Assembly (NCBI GenBank): GCA_963806975.1 | Contig: CAWEAK010000005.1 | Coordinates: 164,855-228,854, forward strand | Reading direction: 5' to 3' | From: an uncultured Spirochaetota bacterium | GTDB taxonomy: Bacteria > Spirochaetota > Brevinematia > Brevinematales > JAOACQ01 | DNA length: 64,000 nt | Part shown: positions 21,522 through 31,329 of the stretch, piece by piece | How the letters are laid out: every line of letters starts with the position of its first letter | Position numbering within the stretch: position 1 is the stretch's first letter | Notes under the pieces: generated by a model | The model's database searches: none | Told to the model about the DNA's origin: nothing | The model's input: only the letters and a program-made list of their open reading frames with translations | Position numbers and translations under genes: made by a program

Positions 21522-22682
21522 ATGTTAAGAAAACTTTTGGCTGTTGTGCTTTTTATGATACTCATATCCTTTACCGGCGGATGTTATCTTGCAGAACATT
21601 GGAATGACTCATCGTCATCCAAAAGTTCGTCATTATCTTCACTTGGATCCAGCAGCAGTTTCTTCATCTTAAGCTCCGGTTCGTCGTCTTCGTCGTCTAG
21701 TTCTTCTTCCGCCGGCAGCGTTACTCTTTATATTTCCGGTGTTGACCATAATGGTTATACCTGCGTATGGACGGTAGCCATTAGCGGAAATACCACGAAT
21801 ATTACAGAAACTATTCTGCAGTCAACAACAGGTAGCGGAACAGGATATATGTCACTCAAGAACGACACTCTTTATATAGGAGGATATGATGGGTTGCTTA
21901 ATGGGGTTTACTGGACGATGAAGACTAACGGCACCTCTATTAATAAAAACGTGGTTTGTTCAACGAGTCAATATGGAGCTAATTTGAACTGGATTGGATT
22001 CGACCCAAGCGGAAACCTCTGGTATACCGGGAGCGAATCAGACATTAGCGCATACTATTGGGAAAACGGCACCGCGACCGCGATGCCGACATATTATTCA
22101 GGAGAATGGGCTACAGCAGGCAATATGGTGTTTTCCGGCGGTAATTATTATACACTATGGGGAGGCAATTACGCGGGGACCCTCATTATAAACGGGACCG
22201 CCGTTGCGTTTCCGACTTCTATCGGTTATTTCGGCGGAATAGCGGTGAATAACGGGATTATATATATCGACAGCATGGATACTACAGGCCTGAACTATAC
22301 CGTCTGGATATCTTCTAACAATGGCGTTTCCTATAGTTCCAAAGTATTGGGAATGGGTATGGATGGTTATTCAATCCCGTTCTATTCCGGATCATATCTC
22401 TATGTTCCGGGCGCGACGACATATCCCAGCGGGACACCCTGTTACTGGAAGATAGACGGCGGTTCAGGCAGCGCTACTCAAATTACGCTTGGTAGTAAGA
22501 ATCCATACGGGTATGTAAATTTTATAATTGTTACGAATAATATGGTCTATGCCGCGGGCCAGGACCAGCAGGTATCAGGTTCCAGCCAGCAGACTGTCTG
22601 CTGGATCAACGGTATTGAGATTGTCCTTGATAGCACCCTTAGTGCTAATCAGGGAAATAATACTATCGTTGTAACTTACTAA
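21522..22682 (+). CDS. Array lipoprotein 4: type A propeller, paralog of lipoprotein 2
   Basis: TGGC lipobox; shares GSVTLYISGVDHNGYTCVW and IPFYSGSYLYVPGAT with gene 2. Confidence 0.85.
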   Translation: MLRKLLAVVLFMILISFTGGCYLAEHWNDSSSSKSSSLSSLGSSSSFFILSSGSSSSSSSSSSAGSVTLYISGVDHNGYTCVWTVAISGNTTNITETILQSTTGSGTGYMSLKNDTLYIGGYDGLLNGVYWTMKTNGTSINKNVVCSTSQYGANLNWIGFDPSGNLWYTGSESDISAYYWENGTATAMPTYYSGEWATAGNMVFSGGNYYTLWGGNYAGTLIINGTAVAFPTSIGYFGGIAVNNGIIYIDSMDTTGLNYTVWISSNNGVSYSSKVLGMGMDGYSIPFYSGSYLYVPGATTYPSGTPCYWKIDGGSGSATQITLGSKNPYGYVNFIIVTNNMVYAAGQDQQVSGSSQQTVCWINGIEIVLDSTLSANQGNNTIVVTY

Positions 22683-22862
22683 TAAAATTAATATTAGATT
22701 AAATTTACCGGCGGAGGAAGATCAAGCTATTTCAATCCTTACGGTACACATATATCCGGAACAAACAGTGTTAATACCGGCAGAGGGTATATTATTATAA
22801 GTTATTGATACATTTAAAGAAGTTAGATAAAGTTTTCTATGCAAAGATTCAGGAGGTGTAAT

Positions 22863-24074
22863 ATGTTAAGAAAATTTATGGGTTTTGTGCTTTTTATGAT
22901 AATCGTATCATTTATAAGCGGCTGCAACCTTTTTTCCGGGAATAATTCTTCATCATCTTCGTCTTCTGTAGGTTCCAACTCGTCATCATCTTCTATCACC
23001 GGAACTTATACCGTTACTTTCGACAGCCAGGGTGCAACAACGGCGGCAAGCCCGTCTAATATAACCGTAATAACGCCGGCATCGAATGTCGGTACGCTTC
23101 CATCAGCGCCGGCAAAGACAACTTATTATTTTGTCGGCTGGTACACGGCAACAAACGGCGGCGGTATACAGTTTACGGCAAGCACTGCAGTTATATCTAA
23201 TATTACAGTCTATGCATATTGGATAGCCTCGGGTTTGACCTGGGCGGCCTGTAATCCCCTTCCAAGTTCTTCCAGTTGGCAGTCAGTGACTTACGGTAAC
23301 GGTGTTTTTGTAACTGTTGTTTATGGCGGTACAAATGCGGCGTATTCAACCGACGGGGTAAACTGGACAGCCTGCTACATGCCAATCGCTAACCATTGGT
23401 ATTCAGTAACTTACGGTAACGGCGTTTTTGTCGCGGTTGCTCAAGCCAGCACAACGGCAGCGTATTCAATTGATGGAAAAACATGGACGGCCTCAAGCCT
23501 TCCAAACAATACCTGTCAATCAGTGACTTACGGTAACGGCGTTTTTGTAACGGTTCCAAACGGCATAACAGGGGCGTATTCAACCGATAATGGAAAAACA
23601 TGGACGTCTTGCAATTCCCTTCCAAGCCAAGTCTCCTGGCAATCAGTCACCTATGGGAATGGTGTTTTTGTAGCTGTTGCCTCTGGCACATCAGCGGCAT
23701 ATTCAACCGATGGGAAAACCTGGATGCCCAGTCCACTTGGTTTGCCAAGTGCCTCTTGGTATTCAGTAACCTATGGGAACGGCGTTTTTGTGGCAGTTGC
23801 CGGAAATGGCACAACAGCGGCGACTTCTCCCGACGGGATTACCTGGACACAACGAACTCTGTCAAGCCCTGCCAACTGGCAATCAGTCACCTATGGGAAC
23901 GGCGTTTTTGTGGCGGTTGCCGGCGGCGGTACAAATGCGGCGACTTCTCCCGACGGGATTACCTGGACGGCTCAAACTCTGCCAGGCTCTGCCAATTGGT
24001 ATTCAGTGACTTATGGAAACGGCGTTTTTGTATCGGTTGCCTCTGGAAGCACAATGGCGGCGTATTCACATTAA
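22863..24074 (+). CDS. Array lipoprotein 5: InlB B-repeat plus GNGVFVAV repeats, paralog of lipoprotein 3
   Basis: ISGC lipobox, N-terminus nearly identical to gene 3, seven repeats, ends AYSH. Confidence 0.88.
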   Translation: MLRKFMGFVLFMIIVSFISGCNLFSGNNSSSSSSSVGSNSSSSSITGTYTVTFDSQGATTAASPSNITVITPASNVGTLPSAPAKTTYYFVGWYTATNGGGIQFTASTAVISNITVYAYWIASGLTWAACNPLPSSSSWQSVTYGNGVFVTVVYGGTNAAYSTDGVNWTACYMPIANHWYSVTYGNGVFVAVAQASTTAAYSIDGKTWTASSLPNNTCQSVTYGNGVFVTVPNGITGAYSTDNGKTWTSCNSLPSQVSWQSVTYGNGVFVAVASGTSAAYSTDGKTWMPSPLGLPSASWYSVTYGNGVFVAVAGNGTTAATSPDGITWTQRTLSSPANWQSVTYGNGVFVAVAGGGTNAATSPDGITWTAQTLPGSANWYSVTYGNGVFVSVASGSTMAAYSH

Positions 24075-24087
24075 CCCGGAATAAATC

Positions 24088-24118
24088 AAGCCGCCCTGAA
24101 TCGACGGGGCGGCTTTTT
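24088..24118 (+). terminator. Intrinsic terminator after lipoprotein 5
   Basis: AAGCCGCCC-loop-GGGCGGCTTTTT. Confidence 0.8.
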
Positions 24119-24850
24119 CGGCATATGTGTGTTTTTCACAGGAAGCCGGGAAGGCACGAAGCTTATTTTTAGCCTTAAATTGCAAAAACAATTTGGTATT
24201 ATTGCTATTATACTACAGGAACACCGGCGCACGGAGTAATATTTAGTTTATTATGTAATCTCTGTGCATCTGAACTTCTGTGGTTGAAAAAGTCGGCGAA
24301 AGTACATAGGCTTTCCATTCAAGTACAAAATTTCAGGTCATCCGGTTTTTGCGTACTTTTCGTTCCCTCGATACAATTGCTGTCGCAATCACTCGGGGAA
24401 CATAGTAGAGATATTTCATCACCCTGAAAACCCTCAATTAATAATGGATTTCAAGGGCGATGAAATTAAAAAAAACACACTTTAGTCGGATGAACCATTT
24501 CTGGATATTTAGATGCAATGAATCTATAATTTAACTCCATATATTTCAAACAATTGTAAAAATCACATCATTTGGGTGATTATACAAGGGCATGAGAATA
24601 TTTATGAAACAATGCTATCAATATTAAATGCATAACTAACTAAAACTTTCGTTTAAAGTCCTCCCTCACAAATATTAGAGCAAGATGTTGTGTCACAAGT
24701 ACCGTAAAGGTAATTATCTATCAATTTATTCTAGAAAAATAAACTTTAAGTGTTAATTCACAATGAAACCGGATAAATTGCCGGCTTTAGCACAACGAGG
24801 GTGGGCGGTCACTTTCGGAAGTTTATTAAAATGTTTTTGTTAAAGTTATA

Positions 24851-25099
24851 TTAAGCGGTCTTTTGTATTTTATAAGCCCTGCCCATAGGTAGAAATCCTG
24901 TAATATCTTCGGTTTCCAGCTTACGCTTAATATCATCGAAAAAACGGATCGTTGTAATAGGATACATGATTTCGCCACACCGGAGACACACTAAAGCTTC
25001 CGTTTTTAATGTGGCTGTATTGTTACCGCCGCGGAGGGTTTCTTCAATGTCTCTTAATTCTACATCACCTCCACAGACGGGACATTTTTCAAAAAGCAT
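24851..25099 (-). CDS. YgiT-type zinc finger protein (putative antitoxin)
   Basis: CPVCGG...VCLRCGE, adjacent to a DUF4258 gene. Confidence 0.85.
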   Translation of the reverse strand: MLFEKCPVCGGDVELRDIEETLRGGNNTATLKTEALVCLRCGEIMYPITTIRFFDDIKRKLETEDITGFLPMGRAYKIQKTA

Positions 25100-25411
25100 T
25101 TATTTCCTCCTCTTTTTCCAGTCGATCCATCTCTTCGGATCCGGTTTATAAACGGTTATCAACACAGCGCTTTCCGTCAGCGGATTGTAAGCCCAGACGC
25201 TATGTATTGGTTCCGATTTACCGTTAAAGCTAAGAATTAAACAACTTGGGAACGGTAAATCTTCTGTGTATTCTTCAATAATAAAACCTTCATTCAATGA
25301 AGCGATTATCTCTCCAATATTAAAACCGTCGGAAGCAGCTTCAACCCAAGCATGTTTCGTAATCAATAGCCGGTCTGAATTTACAGCCTTAATAATATTT
25401 TTTAATTCCAT
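25100..25411 (-). CDS. DUF4258 protein (putative toxin)
   Basis: ITKHA...IIEEY...PSCLIL...PIHSVW...LITVYKPDPKRW. Confidence 0.85.
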   Translation of the reverse strand: MELKNIIKAVNSDRLLITKHAWVEAASDGFNIGEIIASLNEGFIIEEYTEDLPFPSCLILSFNGKSEPIHSVWAYNPLTESAVLITVYKPDPKRWIDWKKRRK

Positions 25412-25731
25412 ATATAAAAATTATACATTTTTTCATCATAAAAAACAAATATACTTTCGTTACTATAATGAAACGAATAAGATCGCTCAATTCAGCAAAA
25501 TTGTAGGCATCATGTCGAACTTCGTGTTCGCCGCCGAATCTTCGATTCGGCGGCCTTACAATAAAACGAAAGATTAACGGCACCGCCGTATGTAGCTTGC
25601 CGTTATCGAACTGATGTTTGACGGCCTATGCAGCATCCTGATGCCGGCAGAACTTTAAAAGGCGTTTCCGTTATTAAAAACGAAGAATGAATCTATAATA
25701 TATCTCTATATATTCCAATCAATTACAAAAA

Positions 25732-25799
25732 TCACCCTGATAGGGTGAGATAAATCACATCGTTTGGGTGATTACAAATCTATCCTGAGACTCTATAAT
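25732..25799 (+). promoter_or_regulatory. LuxR-type box pair plus TATAAT, copy 3
   Basis: TCACCCTGATAGGGTGA, TCACATCGTTTGGGTGA, TATAAT at 25794. Confidence 0.65.
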
Positions 25800-25817
25800 A
25801 TTATCATAATATAAAAG

Positions 25818-25929
25818 GAGCCGACACCAGCGTTGGGGGTAACGCGGCCCCGGGTGCTTAATTGCGCAAGACTTTGGTGACGTCCGGGCAGACTTATTTT
25901 CGGATAAGTCTGCCCGGTAAAAACGGCTT
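25818..25929 (+). ncRNA. Candidate structured RNA, copy 3
   Basis: Perfect 14-bp stem CCGGGCAGACTTAT/ATAAGTCTGCCCGG with U-UUCG-G loop, plus the other conserved stems. Confidence 0.55.
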
Positions 25930-26034
25930 ATATGTTATTATCCGGAACAGAAGTTTAACATTTAATAATGCTTTTCCAATCATTTGACAAAATTAATAAT
26001 ATTAAACGCTTCTGATTTTTCCTTGAGAGCAAAT

Positions 26035-26066
26035 GTATCATTTGACACAATTGTATCAAATGATAC
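26035..26066. promoter_or_regulatory. Double palindrome UAS copy D
   Basis: GTATCATTTGACAC-AATT-GTATCAAATGATAC. Confidence 0.72.
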
Positions 26067-26185
26067 GGTTTGTTTACTTTTTTATCTTTATTTAAAAAAT
26101 TTATATAAAAAAGCTATGGTTTTATTTCCAGATGATATAAGGAAATAAAAATAAATTGAGGAATTGATTGTACCGTTTGGGATTT

Positions 26186-26201
26186 TGGTATAATTTATGC
26201 T
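26186..26201 (+). promoter_or_regulatory. Putative sigma54 promoter D
   Basis: TGGTATAATTTATGCT = GG-N10-GC. Confidence 0.68.
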
Positions 26202-26257
26202 CATTATATAAAGTATTCCCGGTGTAATTATTGCTGTTAAGATTCAGGAGGAATAAT

Positions 26258-27409
26258 ATGTTAAGAAAAATTTTGGCTCTTGTGCTTTTTATGATAATCA
26301 TATCCTTTATCAGCGGCTGTAACCTTATTGCAAACTTGAATAATTCTTCATCATCGAGTTCATCTTCAGTAAGCTCCGGCTCGTCTTCGAGTTTATATAG
26401 TTCGTCTTCCGTGAGCTCAAGTTCGTCATCGTCTTCCAATAGTATAACCAATTATACTGTTGCATTTGACAGCCAGGGCGCGACGACAGCGGCAAGTCCA
26501 GCTGTCATAACTGTGACTAACCCCGCAAAGACTGTCACTACGCTTCCTTTACCGCCGATTAAGACAGGCTTCAATTTCGCAGGCTGGTATATTGCTACAA
26601 ACGGCGGCGGTACACAGTTTACAACAAACACAATAGTTGCATCCAATATAACGGTTTACGCTTTTTGGAATATCATCTTTAACTACACAGGCGCCGTACA
26701 AACATGGACTATTCCAAGCGGTGTGACTAAGGTAAGAATTACTGTTGCAGGTGCCGCAGGAAGTGATGGCTCTACTAATGATATTATTACCCCTGTAATA
26801 GCCGGAAAAGGCGGCATTATGACCGCAGATTTCTCAGTCACTTCAGGTCAGGTATTAAACCTGTATGTTGGCGGACTCGGGGTAAATAGTACAAGTGGCG
26901 GATTTAATGGAGGTGGGCCGGCGATTCAAAGCGCTTCTTATGCAGGCGGCGGGGCATCTGATGTGCGCATCGGAGGTACAGCCCTCAACAACCGGGTTAT
27001 AGTTTCTGGCGGAGGCGGTGGATATGGCGGAAATGGAGGAATTGGCGGAGATGGAGCCGGTGTACTGAATGCAAACGGCGGTAATGGGCTTACCACGACT
27101 AATATAGCTCTTGAAAGTGGCGCCATTACAACAGGAGGCAGCGGCGGTACAGAATCGGGAGGTGGAACTGCCGGATCGGGTAATTGGGGAACTGGAACAG
27201 CAGGCACATTAGGACAGGGAGGTACCGGCTATCAATATGGAGGTAGTGGCGGCGGCGGCTACTACGGTGGGGGTGGGGGTGGATCTGATACTGAGGGCGC
27301 CCATGCCAGTGGAGGTGGTGGATCAAGCTACCTCGATCCTTCAGGCACATATATCTCCGGGACAAATGGAGTTAATACCGGTAACGGGTATATTATTATT
27401 AGTTATTAA
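26258..27409 (+). CDS. Array lipoprotein 6: InlB B-repeat plus glycine-rich domain
   Basis: N-terminus nearly identical to gene 1, then FNYTGAVQTWTIP...GGGASDVR...GGGGYYGGGGG...GGGGSSY. Confidence 0.87.
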   Translation: MLRKILALVLFMIIISFISGCNLIANLNNSSSSSSSSVSSGSSSSLYSSSSVSSSSSSSSNSITNYTVAFDSQGATTAASPAVITVTNPAKTVTTLPLPPIKTGFNFAGWYIATNGGGTQFTTNTIVASNITVYAFWNIIFNYTGAVQTWTIPSGVTKVRITVAGAAGSDGSTNDIITPVIAGKGGIMTADFSVTSGQVLNLYVGGLGVNSTSGGFNGGGPAIQSASYAGGGASDVRIGGTALNNRVIVSGGGGGYGGNGGIGGDGAGVLNANGGNGLTTTNIALESGAITTGGSGGTESGGGTAGSGNWGTGTAGTLGQGGTGYQYGGSGGGGYYGGGGGGSDTEGAHASGGGGSSYLDPSGTYISGTNGVNTGNGYIIISY

Positions 27410-27568
27410 AATGGAATTATGTATAGAAACAACCGGGCAGCTTATGCCTGCCCGGTAAAAAATAGGTATATTTTCCAAAACAGAAGTTTAACACTGAAAA
27501 ATGCTTTTCCGGTTTTGTAACAAAATCAATAAAACTAAACGATTCTGATTTTTTCCTTGAGAATGAAT

Positions 27569-27600
27569 GTGTCATTTGACACGATTGTATCAAATGATAC
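27569..27600. promoter_or_regulatory. Double palindrome UAS copy E (downstream -12 element deleted)
   Basis: GTGTCATTTGACAC-GATT-GTATCAAATGATAC. Confidence 0.7.
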
Positions 27601-27787
27601 GGTATGTTTATTCTCTTATCTTTATTTAAAAATTTATACAAAAAACATTATGGTTTTATTTCCAGATGATATAAGGAAATAAAAATAAATCTGGAATTGA
27701 TTGCACCGTTTGGGATTCTGGTATAAAGTATCACTGTTGGAATCGCACCCAATGTAATTATTGTTGTTAAGAATCAGGAGGAATAAT

Positions 27788-29562
27788 ATGTTAAGAAAAT
27801 TTTTGGCTATTATGCTTTTTATGATAATCGTATCCTTTACCAGCGGATGTTACCTTGTTCTCAACATGAATGATTCTTCGTCTTCCAGCAGTTCTTCAAG
27901 TTCTTCTGGCTTTTCTTCCAGCAACAGTTCTTCAATTATTACATCGGCTAATAACACTATATTTGCCTTTGGCTTAACGAGCGCACTTAATTCTGGGGCA
28001 GGAATAAATAACGATGTTACAGGGATCATCTCCAATACTAACATCAACTTGACCGTACCTTATGGTGCTATATTAACGAATCTTATAGCTGTATATTCAA
28101 ATACCGGGGTAACTGTAAAAATCGGTTCTAATATACAAACCAGCGGAGTAACGGCAAATAATTTTACAAGCCCGGTTATCTATACTGTTACGGCAGCCGA
28201 TGGTTCTACACGGAATTATGCTGTTACGGTAACGATAGCTTCAAGTTCAGCCAAAGCAATTACAGCCTTCAGTTTCACAAGCGCCCTTAACGGAGCATTG
28301 GCATAAGCAGCGATGTCGCGGGTGTAATTTCCGGAACTAACATCACTTTAAATGTGCCTTTTGGTACTGTTGTTACGAGCCTTAAAGCAACATTTTCCAC
28401 AACCGGAACTAATGTAAGAATAGGCACTACCACACAAACCAGCGGAGTAACTGCAAATTCCTTCACAAGTCCGGCGATCTATACCGTTACGGCTGCCGAT
28501 AATTCGACACAGAATTATTTAGTTACAGTAACAATAGCTCCAAATTCAGCCAAGGCTATTACTGCCTTCAGTTTCACAAGCGCTCTTAATTCGGAGCCGG
28601 TATTTCTTATGATGTTATAGGTATTACTAATGAACACATCTAAAACTATTACTTTAGCAATACATACAATACAGCAAGCAGTCTTAAGGCGACATTTTCA
28701 ATAAACGGCGCATCGGTTAAAGTGGGATCAACAGTTCAGACCAGCGGTAACTGCAAATGACTTTACAAGCCCGGTGTTTATCAGTTACTGCAGCCGTTGC
28801 TTGACCAGCTCAATGAATTATACCGTTTCAGCCCCACATAATCAACTAACTATTCGGCTACAGGCGGCCAGCAGGCATTTAACGTTCCGGCCGGAGTGAC
28901 TACTATATATGTAGATGCCGCTGGTGCCCAGGGGTCAGGCGGTAATAATGTATATGTTTGTAACAATGGACCAACGCCTCCTTATGGGAAAGGGGGTCGT
29001 GTACAGGCCTGGATAACGGTAACTCCCGGGGAGACTCTAAATATCTATGTCGGAAGTCAGGCAGGGTATAACGGTGGCGGATTGGGCAGGACAGCGTCCA
29101 CTTCCGTTAACACTTCAGGCAACGGCGGAGGCGAGGATATCAGGCAAGGCGGAACGGCTCTGACTTCACGCGTAATAGTGGCTGGCGGCGGCGGCGGCGG
29201 CGCGGACGGAATCAATGGAATTGGGGGCAGCGGTGGCGGAACCGGAGACATGGGAGCGGGTGGTAATGCTTCAGGTGTTGGGGCTCCCGGCACACAGGGA
29301 GGTGGCGGAGCCGGTGGTTTCGGGTAATTCTCGTGGAACTAATGGACAGGGTCGGCTCCCTTGGACAGGGTGGCAATTGGGGGACAAATACTGCTGGTAC
29401 CTCCGGTGGCGGAGGTGGCGGTGGTGGATACTACGGCGGAGGTGGCGGAGGATACGGTTATGACGGCGGTGGGGGCGGTGGCGGTTTAGCCTGGTACCGA
29501 GTGGTGGCACTGGCACATCCGGTTATCAAACAAGTGATGGTTATATAAAAATTTACTGGTGA
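27788..29562 (+). pseudogene. Array lipoprotein 7: three Ig-like (DUF5018-type) repeats plus glycine-rich domain, multiple frameshifts
   Basis: FTSGC lipobox, repeats AKAITAFSF...QTSGVTANxFTSPVIYTVTAAD, Gly-rich tail ending GYIKIYW*; split over ORFs at 27761, 28354, 28896, 29333. Confidence 0.7.
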
Positions 29563-29605
29563 TGTTAAGTTTGTTGATACTTTAAATAGTCTACAAAAAA
29601 TGGCC

Positions 29606-29637
29606 GTATCATTTGATACAAATGTATCAAATGATAC
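29606..29637. promoter_or_regulatory. Double palindrome UAS copy F
   Basis: GTATCATTTGATAC-AAAT-GTATCAAATGATAC. Confidence 0.72.
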
Positions 29638-29748
29638 GGAATGTCAATTCTCTTATCTTTATTTAAAAAATTTATACAAAAATATTTTTGTTTTTATATG
29701 CATATAATATATGAAAATAAATTAAAGGGAATACGACATTTATAGTTT

Positions 29749-29764
29749 TGGTATGATTATTGCT
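29749..29764 (+). promoter_or_regulatory. Putative sigma54 promoter F
   Basis: TGGTATGATTATTGCT = GG-N10-GC. Confidence 0.7.
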
Positions 29765-29853
29765 AAATATATTGTGTTGTCCGGTAGAATTGCTTTTGTA
29801 AATCGGCAATTTATCCGGCTAGTTGTTGATTTATTCTTATAAGGAGGAATAAT

Positions 29854-31245
29854 ATGTTAAGAAAGTCTTTAATATCTATTTCTTGTACAATAATCCTATG
29901 CTCTTTAAGCAGTTGCTATCTTACTCAACATTGGAATGATTCATCATCATCCAAAAGTTTGTCAAGTTCAACGAGCGTTTTTCAAACTCATCATCAGGAT
30001 TTACAAATAGCACAACTACAAATTATTTTAGTATAGGCAGTACGAATTTTACGGTGGTAAATGCCACTAATATTTTAGGAACAAACATCTCTATTTCTCT
30101 TTATGATACAAGAGGATTATTAACAATTTCAAACTGGGCTGCGTCTAATATGATTATAACGAATCTTTGGCAGAATATCACAAACGCTTATACAAATACA
30201 AACTTACTAATTTTTTCACTTACCAATAAATATTTCTTTACTAATTGGATATCTAACGCAAACTGTACGAATACAATAAAAATAACCGTTTATCTTGTGG
30301 GGCCTAATAACGTTAGCAATGTCTGCCTCTGGACGCTTCATTCTGATGATATGTCTCTACAAATATAATCTTTGCACCCAGGGGAGCCGGTGGCCGTCCA
30401 TTTCTTTACAACGGAACACTATATATTCCGGAAGTCATGGACAATATACCGTTGATTACAACAATAGAAAAGCCTGTTATTGGACGGTATCCACAAACGG
30501 TGGGACAGCGGTTGAAACAACACTTTCCGCGGGAAGCGGTTACGGCGGTGCAATTAATTCAATCGCAGTGGATGGCAGCGGAAATGTATGGGCGATTGGA
30601 AATAATGATGGAGAATATCCAGTATATTATTATAACGGTACTGAGAATTCGCTTGGTAATAATGCATGGAATACCGCATACAGCGTTCAATTATACGGAG
30701 GAAGCTATTATATAAGTGTCCGCTCTAATAACTGTTATTGGATTGATATAAATGGAACTTCGGTAATACCGACAGCGGGGGATAACTATGCTTTTGGCAT
30801 GGTTGTGACAAACAGTGTTATTTATGCGGCATCGGATCTGGGAGGCGGTTCATTATTAATTTCTTCAAATAACGGCAGTACATGGAATCAGGTTACACTT
30901 CCCAATGGCGTTCCTATGGGAAATGGCGGGGCAATCTGCTTTGATAACGGTACAGTTTATATCTGCGGAAGTACTGCAAGCTCTCCGAATCTTCCTTGCT
31001 ATTGGACTGTTACTTCAAACGGGATTGCCACTCAGATTAATTTACAACACCAGCAGAATGTAAACGGTAGGGCACAGGATATAAGCGTTTTTGACGGATC
31101 GGTGTATGTTGCCGGGACAGAAAACATTTCCGGAAATGGAGTCTCATGCTACTGGATAGGGACAAATCAGTATATACTTGATCCAGGGGATTGTGAAGTT
31201 TATGGGGCGTACTCCGGGTTAATTGGTATTCTTGCTGTACATTGA
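29854..31245 (+). CDS. Array lipoprotein 8: TN-rich segment plus type A propeller (frameshifts near 29980 and ~30350)
   Basis: AGGAGG RBS, LSSC lipobox, HWNDSSSSKS as in gene 4, CYWTVSTNGGTA as in gene 2; split over three ORFs. Confidence 0.7.
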
Positions 31246-31329
31246 ATAGGAAAGAATATATTTGTTACTTGCTGAATTTGGCAGTAGCGGTAATCCGGTT
31301 TGAATTTACTCATTTCAGGGAGAAATAAT

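Noticed and set aside
24276-24300. CTGTGGTTGAAAAAGTCG resembling the start of raiA motif RNA
   Set aside because: No downstream conserved elements; it is the arm of a local inverted repeat
27433-27462. CCGGGCAG/CTGCCCGG hairpin as the terminator of gene 6
   Set aside because: It is followed by A's rather than a U tract and is a remnant of the repeated RNA element
8128-29637. 32-bp palindromes as CRISPR repeats
   Set aside because: Copies are kilobases apart, each upstream of a gene, with no spacers and no cas genes
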